This document shows, piece after piece, positions 23,101 to 32,224 of a stretch of DNA of 64,000 nucleotides (its first letter is position 1; the number at the start of each line of letters is the position of its first letter). Origin of the DNA: Hypanus sabinus (lineage: Eukaryota); NCBI RefSeq assembly GCF_030144855.1, contig NC_082722.1, positions 12,028,001-12,092,000 of the forward strand, read 5' to 3'. The translations under genes were made by a program, and so were the position numbers. Below the pieces are notes generated by a model. The model saw nothing but the letters and a program-made list of their open reading frames with translations, was not told the origin of the DNA and searched no databases.

Positions 23101-23532
23101 AAGCTGAGCAACCAAGTGACAAGTGTTCATCCCAAACCATGCAGAAAACAGGAGCCGCGGCTGCTTATTACGCCGCCGTAGATTTCAAGAGATTCAAGAA
23201 TACTCCAGGGCGAAAAGACGATCGTAAAAAAATCGCGTTTGTTCAGGTAAGGCTGTGTAATAGGCCAACGAAAAAGATAATGATTGAAACAACTGAAGAA
23301 GTGGTTGACATACAACATGAGCAGCAACGTACAAAGAGTACAGAGCAATTAATTAAAGTTTTGTTAAAAAAAATATTGCTTTCAGGCAGTCCAAGAACAT
23401 TCAAGTGAAGAGTTGTCGTATGCGACCTTGGCATTGACTGGAAAAAACAACAGGAGGATTTGCATAAGTAACACAGAATATGCCGAGGTGCAGACACACA
23501 AACATATGAAGTCAACGCAGAACTATAAGTAA
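13692..23532 (+). CDS. Six-exon Ig-superfamily type I membrane receptor, L-VJ-C1-TM-cytoplasmic ITIM/ITSM (~359 aa; SIRP-like/non-rearranging antigen-receptor-like)
   Basis: Join 13692-13743, 13960-14280, 16368-16670, 17696-17809, 23104-23246, 23386-23532 = 1080 nt, open to TAA. All introns are GT-AG; phases are 1,1,1,1,0. The 23104 acceptor is the least certain. Confidence 0.85.
13960..14280 (+). CDS. Exon 2: Ig V-set domain with J-like G strand
   Basis: Acceptor TTCTTCTTAG|C, donor TACG|GTAAGC, 321 nt, phase 1-1. Motifs VSQSP, GENVTFYC, VYWWKQ, QDSGMYLC, NGTGSLLKV. Confidence 0.95.
14395..14590. repeat. Short imperfectly palindromic interspersed repeat (Penelope-end-related/SINE-like)
   Basis: Starts GAAATCTGCAGATGCTGGAAATCCAAGCA.. 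and ends ..CCAGCATTTTGCGTTTGTTGCT. Related copies at ~5500-5612, 7100-7181, 7510-7630, 9955-10030 and 49550-49680. Confidence 0.75.
15760..16200. mobile_element. CR1 3'-end fragments in opposite orientations (intron 2)
   Basis: ACATAGAAAA tail on the minus part, followed by + strand QLWSPHCRKDLETIERVQKRFTRML...RMSGDLTEVYKMM. Confidence 0.85.
16368..16670 (+). CDS. Exon 3: Ig C1-set domain
   Basis: Acceptor TCTGTTCCACAG|, donor CAAG|GTACGA, 303 nt, phase 1-1. C1 hallmarks IVCETAGFYPEDFSLTWYKN, GLYEVSSSL, YTCLVSHVSL. Confidence 0.95.
17093..17165. repeat. (CA)n microsatellite
   Basis: Read directly. Confidence 0.97.
17165..17645 (-). mobile_element. CR1 ORF2 fragment (intron 3)
   Basis: Minus ORFs: EIAEVLNEYFASVF, VPLFKKG..PGNYRPVS, SQHGFVK. 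Confidence 0.9.
17696..17809 (+). CDS. Exon 4: transmembrane segment and basic stop-transfer
   Basis: Acceptor AAACTTCCAG|GT, donor AAGG|GTAAGG, 114 nt, phase 1-1. SLSIWVSGGTLAGFVILLLMFVI-RTRCRKQERK, with no charged residue in the membrane span. Confidence 0.92.
17925..19410. mobile_element. Rearranged Tc1/mariner DNA transposon remnants (intron 4)
   Basis: TA followed by (C/T)AGTGCCTATAAAAAAGTATTCACCCC Tc1-type TIR. Antisense transposase pieces (REAAKTPMTTLGGLQASMAEMGETVHQS, WKKILW) and a sense piece HKSGYGYKK.SKSL...IIKKWK. Confidence 0.8.
20336..22860 (+). mobile_element. 5'-truncated, relatively young CR1 LINE (endonuclease C-terminal part, RT, 3' tail) in intron 4
   Basis: VIVGDFNFPHVDW, SDHNSISF, NYRPVSLTSVVGKLME, SGVPQGSVLGP, YADDTK. 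Long uninterrupted frames (317 and 337 aa). Tail GTTATATGGTTATATG. Confidence 0.96.
23104..23246 (+). CDS. Exon 5: membrane-proximal cytoplasmic exon with AYYAAVDF tyrosine motif
   Basis: Strong donor TTCAG|GTAAGG. Open frame EQPSDK...AYYAAVDFKRFK...AFVQ. Acceptor AATTAAG| has a weak pyrimidine tract, but a TTTAAC branch-like site lies ~30 nt upstream. Confidence 0.7.
23386..23532 (+). CDS. Exon 6: terminal cytoplasmic exon with ITIM (LSYATL) and ITSM (TEYAEV)
   Basis: Acceptor ATATTGCTTTCAG|GCA, phase 0 matching exon 5. Reads AVQEHSSEELSYATLALTGKNNRRICISNTEYAEVQTHKHMKSTQNYK*. Absent from the ORF track. Confidence 0.85.
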   Translation, partial: AVQEHSSEELSYATLALTGKNNRRICISNTEYAEVQTHKHMKSTQNYK

Positions 23533-26500
23533 CAGAAATCGGAATCGGTATTTTTTTCTTGTGTATATTCCGCCATTTAATGAAGTCTTATTTCAGTACA
23601 AAATCAATTGTTACTATAGACACACATTACTTTATCGCTCTATATGTAAAATTGTATCGTCTTCTGCAGTTCCTGTACTCAATGACTGCGCGAGGGATGG
23701 TGAATACCATGGATTTATTGCACATTTGATGAAAGCAATATTCTTCTCTGTTCTGAATCCTGACTTCATATATTTAAAATCTGGTGTCCAGTTTCACGTG
23801 GCCAATTCGTGGGGCATACTAACTCTCCTTGCATCTAAAGCATTTCCGGAGTATTCTGCTCATGTTAGTAATATCAAATATCATTACTGTAAAGTCAAGA
23901 GATGACAGAATCTGCGCATTCTCTCCACATACGGCAATCCCGGCAATCCATGAATTTAGCAGACCTTCACTCCTCTCCTTATACTGTACGGCGAGTGTAT
24001 CGTTTCTCTTTCTAGATTGAAAGATCAGTCTTCTTACTTTTCTACATACGTATATTCCTACACCATCGGAACAAAATATGTCAATGCTCTGCACAAATCG
24101 TCTCGCATTTCGCCTAGCAAACCTTCCGCCTTCTTCACTGCGTACTAGGTCTGCGTATTAAGTTTAGGCCAGCCGTATGCCAGACAACAAACCGGTCCTA
24201 GCCCCACTAGCTGTTTTCAATCAGTGATTCGTGAAATATTTACCTTTCTAGTCGGTTCGAAGCCAAGTGGCTGATACTTCATGCAATGCATTATTATTTG
24301 CCTTTCATATAGTATATTCTACTTATCTGTTTCGAAAGTCTATATGTTATGCATTTTTTGTACAGCGCGCATTATTAAGTAGCTCAGTATCTTCTAGAAT
24401 TTTTTAAATATGTAAAACCAGAATCCCTAATCCAAGACATGTGCATATGTAGTAAAAAGATATGAACTTGGCTTCGATCCCTGCAGCATCCACACGTCAC
24501 AGCTTCCTAATCCTCCTTAAAATATGTCCGTTAACCGTAACGTTCATCTTCAGTGAGCTGACCTATCCTTATTCCACAGTTGAATAATATAGTAAATATT
24601 AACCGTCTTTTTATTTAAAATTTCCTTTACCGGATTATATTGAAGGTTTGAATTCGTCACATCACCTCGTTTCCCCTACTCAATTATACCAGGGATCACC
24701 TCATAAAATCCCAAATCATTTGTCAATTCTAAGTTACTGTTGATACATTTATATTAACTTTAAAGAATTAGATTCAAATTTTCATAGCTATTATCAATAT
24801 TTCACCTGTGTGAGGCTTTGTGTTTTTGTCTTTGTGTTGTAACTGAAATGCTCCCTGAAAATGCAATTATTTTTCATGTTACTGAAACAGTTTCAGAATG
24901 TATAATGTTATGTATGACTAATGTCATCACTTTATTCTTTTGGTATTCTGTTATATTACATCGCTGTGGTCAAATATCTTCAGATTCAAAATTTAAAAGA
25001 ACATTTTATTTACAATAACTCGCAAATCGTCGATTCGACTTCATTAGTAATCCGTGGAACTTCAATCTCTTTCCATCAATTCGAGCTATGATGTCTGACG
25101 TTCAGATTCTGAGGCTCTACCAGCACGGAGTGGGTTATCGCCAGATGATGCTTTTTTACGACCTCCAAATGCCCTATCTATCCTCGATAATATGTAGAAC
25201 CGTGGACATTGTAATACCGCATTAAGCTTCATGGCTCCCTGCGACAGTTTTAATAAATTGTTAATCCAATCCATTCATATATCTCAATTTCTCTCCAAAG
25301 CCCAGAAACTTCCATGTTTTCAGGCACATTTCCAACTCTGTTCAAATACTTACTGTATATGTTCTTGTGTAGAGTTATTTACCAATATTGTCCTTTTATC
25401 ATTTAAAACATACACATAGCAGTTAGTGTTTTTACCGAGTGCCTCCAATTCCCCTAAGGAGGAAACAATTATCTTCTGTGCTTTCAAAATTCGATTTGGC
25501 TTTAATGCCGAGTCTCCCACCTCAAAAGCAATCTTCGACCTCATCACCAAAGAAAACTTTAAAACAAATAAAACTGGTCATGAATATCGGAAGTATCTGC
25601 CTTACTGTTTATCTGATGTTATGCTTCTTTTTACTTCTCATTAGCTTCAGTAATGCAAAAGATATAGAGAAGGTGGTTCATATGCATTGGGTAGCTGAAG
25701 TGTCAGTCTATGAATTTACAGATAAAATCATAAATGGTTAGAATTTAAGGCGTATAGTTAGATATTTTATACGTCAATCAGCTTTAGCTAAGTCGAACTG
25801 CTTACTTGGGTAACGTGTAGGAGGTAGCCCATTTACAGTGCTAAACACCAATATGTTAAGTCCAAATTTAGGATATATATTGCAACAGACTAAAATGTTC
25901 TAGCATTGAACAGCAAAGGTCACTTCAATGGTTTCATGTTTAGATGTATGTATAACAAAGCCTGTAGGGTACAATCAATGGAAAATCTATTTTTGTTTTT
26001 TATTTATGCAGTATTTCCTTAATCTGTTCTTTTTTTAAATTTTGCATCGAGACTATGTACTCTCTTGTTTGGAAATGTTTATTTCACTTTAACGTATTTC
26101 ATTTTATTATATATTGCTACAAGTGATTTCCTCAATGCTACATGTTTATTTTTGTTTGTTTGTTCAAACGGTTGTATGTTAAGAAGGTTTTCAATGCAGT
26201 TAACAATGTTAAATGTTTAACAATGCATCGTCCTTCGTGTCGTGATGAATCCCCTCATAGATCATAGTTTTGCGCTGCAAAAGCAAATGTGATAAAATTT
26301 ATTTATGGGAATTATAGCGATGTGGATCTTCTATGGGGGGAACATTAAGAACAGAAGATATAAAGGAAACAAATGATTAGGGGGTTAAACTGGACCTAGA
26401 AATGTTCCTGGCAAGGACGACTAAAGATAATCCGAGGCGTTACATTAAACTGCAATTGAAACCAAGATCATAGATCAAAAGAGGGTAGGACCACACATGT

Positions 26501-26777
26501 AAGGAGTGAGAAATTTATGGCAACATACAGATAATGATGGAGGAAATCAAAAGGCCAGGCTGTACCTATGGAAGAGAGTACAGTCGATGGTAGAGCCGAG
26601 ATTCTTCTGCAGGACTCTACATATTTCCACCAACTGTGTAAATGAGAAATTTAAGCTGAAGGTCAAAATGTGGGCGAGGCATTAAACTAAAATTTGCAAC
26701 AAGTAGTACATAGTCTGCACAGGAGTACAGAATAAAGAAGTGTTTGACCATGCAATTTATTAAAAGGAATACTTGAA

Positions 26778-27316
26778 TGTAACATGCTGCAAGGTTTCAC
26801 TGATAATACAATGGTTTCTCTGCAGCAGCAATGGTTGGGTTATGACAACCAGATAACGAGGTTTGGAATGCGGTTGTTCTTTCTTGTGAATCTGGGAGAG
26901 AGATTTTCGCGGTCTTTTGCCGGGGAGAGATGAGGACAGAAGATGCAAATGGAGAGAATTGGTAGTCCGCCGGACCGAGTGGACTTGGAGCGTGGATACA
27001 AAGGGCAGCGACAATCGGAGGAGGTCGATGGTGGACGATCAGTTTATCAGCGAGGTCCAACATTGCGCAATAGATTGTTTCATAAGATTGGGCCCTTTTT
27101 CTTTTTTTTTTGTTTTCTTTACTGACCATATACTCAAAGTAGAATTATAAAGCTTAATCGTTTAATCGCAGATTGTGTACTGTTTGTTATTTCGGGGTCC
27201 TCATTTGTAACGGGGGACACATCGCACAGCATCCACCCAAACGAGATTTCTTAACTTTGGCCGGACCGGGGGCTATCACCCCCTATATTAAGCCGTTAGC
27301 CGAAGCGAGATTTACA
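26778..27316. mobile_element. Solo LTR (second family)
   Basis: TGTAACA...GATTTACA ends with an exact 4-bp target-site duplication TGAA (26774-26777 / 27317-27320). Confidence 0.8.
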
Positions 27317-27439
27317 TGAATAATCTGCTTTCTCTCTAGCGAGCGAATTTAGAAATCGAAAATGCAAAAAGGCAAATAGACCTAGCGCAGGATCTCTTAA
27401 TCGGTGGAAGCAAGTTTAATGCAATGATTTCAAGAGGAC

Positions 27440-27790
27440 AAGAATATGAAAATAATTATGTAATGGTGAAGCTTTTAAAGCAGTGGTCAGACCACATTTG
27501 GAGTATCGTGGTTGGCTTTTCGACCTATATCTAAGAAATGACGCCGTGGCTTTCGACGGGATACAGAACCGTAACTATACCTGTACTATAACGATCACGG
27601 AACTGAAAGGATGACCTTGTGGGTCTGTACTCGCTGGAGTTTTGAAGAATGAAGGGGGATCTCGTTGAATCCTAAAGAATATTGAAAATGCCTAGATACA
27701 GCGGAAGTGCAGAGGATATTTCCAATAGTGGGCGAGTATGGGACTAAAGAGCATATCCTCAGAAAAAAAAAGACTTTCCTTTAGAAATGT
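27440..27790 (+). mobile_element. Old CR1 3'-end fragment
   Basis: Degenerate WSDHIWSIVV..., LYSLEF*RMKGDLVES, FPIVGEYGTKEHIL. Confidence 0.65.
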
Positions 27791-27834
27791 TCCTTTAGAC
27801 GTTCCTAACTTGGAGAAGAAACTCTGAGAATCAG

Positions 27835-30800
27835 AACGGGTGTGCTGCGGGAGCCATTTTGATTTTTCCGTCTCACCGGAGTTAAGAGAGGCAGGACTAC
27901 GCAGGCGCGTGAGGTCGGGCAGTGAAGCGCGGATGATTTAAAAGGAACACAGCATTAAACAGCGGGCAGCGGAGTGAGCCGGGAGCAGAGTGAAGGCTTA
28001 AGGGCTTAGCTCAACGGGCTTAGACGGAAACGGGAGAGGCAAGGTAGGTTCAGGTTTAAATTTTTTCCTGTTATTTGAGGAAAGGGGTAATTTTGAGTGT
28101 GAGGGCAGCTTGTTGTTCTCAGTGTCGGATGTGGGAGGTCCTGGAGTCTCCAAGCATCCCGGACGGCTATATCTGCGCCAGGTGCGCCGAGCTGCAGCTC
28201 CTAAGTGACCATGTTAGGGAACTGGAGCTGCAGCTCGATGACCTTCGTCTGGTCAGGGAGAGTGAGAAGTTGATAGAGAGGAGTTACAGGCAGGTGGTCA
28301 CACCAGGGTCACGGGAGGCAGACAGGCGGGTCACAGTTAGGGGAGGAAAGGGCAAGAAGCAGATGCTAGAGAGTACCGCAGTGGCTGTACCCCTTGACAA
28401 TAAGTACTCCTGTTTGAGTACTGAGGGGGGGGGGCAGCCTACCTGGGGGAAGCAACAGAGTCCGGCCCTGTAGCTCAGAAGGGTAGGGAAAGGAAGAGGA
28501 AGGGAGTAGTAACAGGGGACTCGATAGTTAGGGGGTCAGATAGGCGATTCTGTGGATGCAGTCAGCAGGCGCGGATGATAGTTTGCCTCTCTGGTGCCAG
28601 GGTCTGGGATGTTTCTGACTGCGTCCAAGATATCCTGAAGTGGGAGGGTGAAGAGCCAGAGTTTGTGATACACAACGGTACCAATGACATAGGCAGGAAA
28701 AGGGAAGAGGTCCTGAAAGGAGAAAATAGGGAGTTAGGAAAGGAGATGATAAGGACCGCAAAGGTAGTAATCTCGGGATTACTGCCTGTGCCACGCGACA
28801 GTGAGAGTGGAAATGGAATGAGGTGGAGGATAAATGCGTGGCTGAGAGATTGGAGCAAGGGGAAGGGATTCAAGTTTCTGGATCATTGGTATCTCTTTTG
28901 GGGGAGGTGTGACTTGTACAAAAAGGACGGGTTGCACTTGAATCCTAGGCAGACGAATATCCTGGCGGGGAGATTTGCTAAGACTACTGGGGAGACTTTA
29001 AACTAGAATGGTTGGAGGTGGGAATCAAATTGAAGAGACTAGGAGAGAGAAGGTTAGTTCACAAATAGAGAAAGCTTGTAGACAGTGTGTGAGGGAGGAT
29101 AGGCAGGTGATAGAGAAGGGGAGCACTCAGACCGAAGATGTAGGGGAGAAGGAGGAAAATGAAGATAGTAAAGTTGTTTGCACCGTTAGGGATAAACAGA
29201 GAGTAAGAGGTGGAGAATTTTTTAAATCCATTTATTTTATTGCTAGGAGCATTGTAAGAAAGGAGGATGAGCTTAGAGCATGAGTTGATACCTGGAAATA
29301 TGATGTTGTAGCAATTAGGGAAACATGGTAGCAGGAGGGGTGTTCCTGGATTTCTGGATTCAACTAAGTATTTCTGGATTTCGTTGCTTCAGGGGTGATA
29401 GAATCGGAGGGGCAAGAGGGGGTGGTGTTGTATTGCTTGTCAGAGAAAATATTACAGCGGTGCTTTGGCAGGATAGATTAGAGGGCTCGTCTAGGGAGAC
29501 TATTTGGATGGAATTGAGGAACGGGAAAGGTGTAGTAACACTTACAGGGGTGCATTATAAATCACCTAATACGGAGCAAGAATTAGAGGAGCAAACTTGT
29601 AAGGAGATAGCAGATATTTGTAATGAGCACAAGGTTGTGATTGTGGGGGATTTTAATTTTCCACGTATAGGCCGGGAATCCCATTCTATAAAAGGGATGG
29701 ATGATTTGGAGTTTGTAAAATGTGTGCAGCATTGTTTTTTGCGGCAATACATAGAGGTATCAACTAGAGCAGGGGCAGTGATGGATCTCCTGTTAGGGAA
29801 TGAGATAGGTCAGGTGATGGAGGTACGTGTTGGGAAGCACTTCTGGTTCAGTGATCACAATGCAATTAGATTCAATATAATTATGGGGAAGGATAGGTCT
29901 GGACCCAGGGTTCAGAGTTTTAATTAAATAAAGGCTAACTTTGAGGAAATGCAAAAGGATTTTGAAGAAATGGATTGGGACATTTTGTTTTATGAGAAGG
30001 ATTAAATAGAGATATGGAGCTGATTTAAAGGTGAAATTTTGAGGGTACAGAATTTTTATGTTCCTGTTAGGTTGAAAGGAAAGGTTAAAAGTTTGACAGA
30101 GCCATGGTTTTCAAGGGATATTGGAAACTTGGTTCAGAAAAAGAGAGAGATCTACAATAAATATAGGCATCATGGAGTAAATGAAGTGCTCAAGGAATAT
30201 AAAGAATGTAAAAAGCCGAAAGAAATGGGGGAGATTTTGAACACTTTCTTTTCTTCAGTATTCACTAGGGAGAAGGATATTGAATTGTTTAAGGTAAGGG
30301 AAACAAGTAGGGTAGGTATGGAAACTATGCTGATTAAAGAAGAGGAAATACTGGTGCTTTTAAAGAATATAAAAGTAGATAAGTCTCCGGGTCCTGACAG
30401 GATATTGCCTAGGGCCTTGAGGGAAGTTTAGAAATGGGGATGGTGCCGGAGGATTGGAGTATTGCTCAGGTGGTTCCATTGTTTAAAAAGGGTTCTAAGA
30501 GTAAACTTAGCAATTATCGGCCTGTACGCTTGACGTCAGTGGTGGGTAAATTAATGGAAAGGATTCTTAGAGATGGTATATATAATTATCTGGATAGACA
30601 GGGTCTGATTAGGAACAGTCAATATGCATTTGTGTGTGGAAGGTCATGCATGAGAAATCTTATTGAATTTTTTGAAGAGGTTACTAGGAAAGTTGTCGAA
30701 GGTAAAGCAGTGGATGTTGTCTATATGGACTTCAGTAAGTCCTTTGACAAGGTTCCACACGGAAGGTTGGTTAGGAAGGTTCAATCGTTAGGTATTAATA

Positions 30801-31100
30801 TTGAAGTAGTAAAATGGATTCGACAGTGGCTGGATGGGAAATGCCAGAGAGTAACAGTGAATAACTGTTTGTCAGGTTGGAGGCTGGTGACTAGTGGTGT
30901 GCCTCAGGGATCTGTACTGGGTCTATTGTTGTTTGTCATATAGATTAATGATCTGGATGATGGGGTGGTAAATTGGATTAGTAAGTATGCAGATGATACT
31001 AAGGTAGGCAGCATTGTGGATAATGAAATAGGTTTTCAAAGCTTGCAGAAAGATTTAGGCCAGTTCTAAGAGTGAGCTGAACGATGGCAGATGGAGTTAT
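27835..31100 (+). mobile_element. Near full-length degenerate CR1 LINE: 5'UTR, ORF1 (zinc finger, leucine zipper, SGNH esterase), ORF2 to mid-RT
   Basis: CSQCRMW...YICARCAELQLL..HVRELELQLDDL; GDSIVRG; LSGARV; HNGTNDIG. ORF2 has VGDFNFP, NYRPVRLTSVVGKLME, YMDFSKSFDKVPH. Confidence 0.95.
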
Positions 31101-31289
31101 GGGTAGAGGGTAGGAACTTAAAAATACAGCAATCATCGACTTAGTATATTGCTACTCTGTTCCATAAGTTTATAATTACGTCAAATGCGCTCATTTTATT
31201 ATACATAGTGGTCTAATAGCCCTTATGCATGAGTCTGGTGGGACAGGCGTGAAAACGAAGTATCCTCCCCCCTGATGGTAGTGGGATAA

Positions 31290-31900
31290 ACAATCCATAA
31301 GTAGAGTGGGTGCGATCCTTCACTCGGCCTTTTTCGGCACCTTACTGGACCTTACTGTGCCAGTGAAGTGTTGCGTGGTTTTGACTTCCCATTGTAGTGA
31401 CGTGCTGTCCGCCACAGTGCAGGTTCTGTACCCTGCAGTGATGCAAGCTGTTTGAAGCAAGCTTTACTGTGTATCTGCAGAAGGACGTAAGTATAGTTGT
31501 GCATACGCTTGCTCCCTTCAGCCTCCGCAGAGAGTAGAGCAGCTGGTGAGCTTTCCTGCTTCCGTAGGAAGTTCTGGAACCATGAGAGTTTGGGCAAGAT
31601 GTGCACACCCGTGAGTTTGAAACTTCCCCCGATGTAAAGAATTCTGTGAGCATTGCGAGTTTATCGGAAGTCCACAGCTATTTCCTTTATGTTGTTGACA
31701 TTACTGCAGAGGTTATTTGCCTGGCACCAGATCCCGAGCTCTTCCACTTCCTGACAATCTGAGGTCTTTTGGGTTAGGAAGCCCAACAACCAGTCATGCA
31801 GTAATGTACTTGGACTGAGGAGTTGGACTTTCTTCATCAAGGACTCTTGGCCAATAATGTTCAATGCCAAAATAAAATCCGGAAACAGCATTCTCACATA
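31290..31900 (-). mobile_element. Rex1/Babar- or L2-like RT C-terminal fragment
   Basis: WCQANNLCSNVNNIKEIAVDFR; QLLYSLRRLK...TILTSFCRYTV. Confidence 0.7.
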
Positions 31901-32224
31901 AGTTTCAAAGTGAAATAAAGTTAAGACCAGATCCCAAATGAGTATCGACGGCTCGCTACACTGCCTCCAGTGTCATCTCACCTGGACTGAAGCTGGAAAA
32001 CCCGCAGCTTAATGCTTAGTATATAACCGAGGCTACGCAGCTCCCACGCTGCCTATCTCACACCAAATGTTATCAATGTCCAACGGCATCTTGCGATCAC
32101 AAGGGAAATGTAAGCTTATAAGATAATCACCCACTACTGCACTGCACATCCACTTTGTGCACCAACTCCGATGCCTTCCAGTAGCAGGCAGCAACACTAT
32201 CTACACTATCTTTTTTCCTTCGGC

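Noticed and set aside
25430-25560. Possible minus-strand exon (FSLVMRSKIAFEVG...)
   Set aside because: No recognisable domain and no frame-compatible partner exon found.
26797-27129. Minus ORF resembling a receptor tail (KKKRKRAQSYETIYCAML...)
   Set aside because: It lies wholly within a solo LTR bounded by TG..CA and a TGAA TSD. The lysine run is a translated poly-T tract.
28075-29006. Zinc-finger and esterase ORFs as host enzymes
   Set aside because: This is the standard CR1 ORF1 architecture, repeated in three other CR1 copies in the window.
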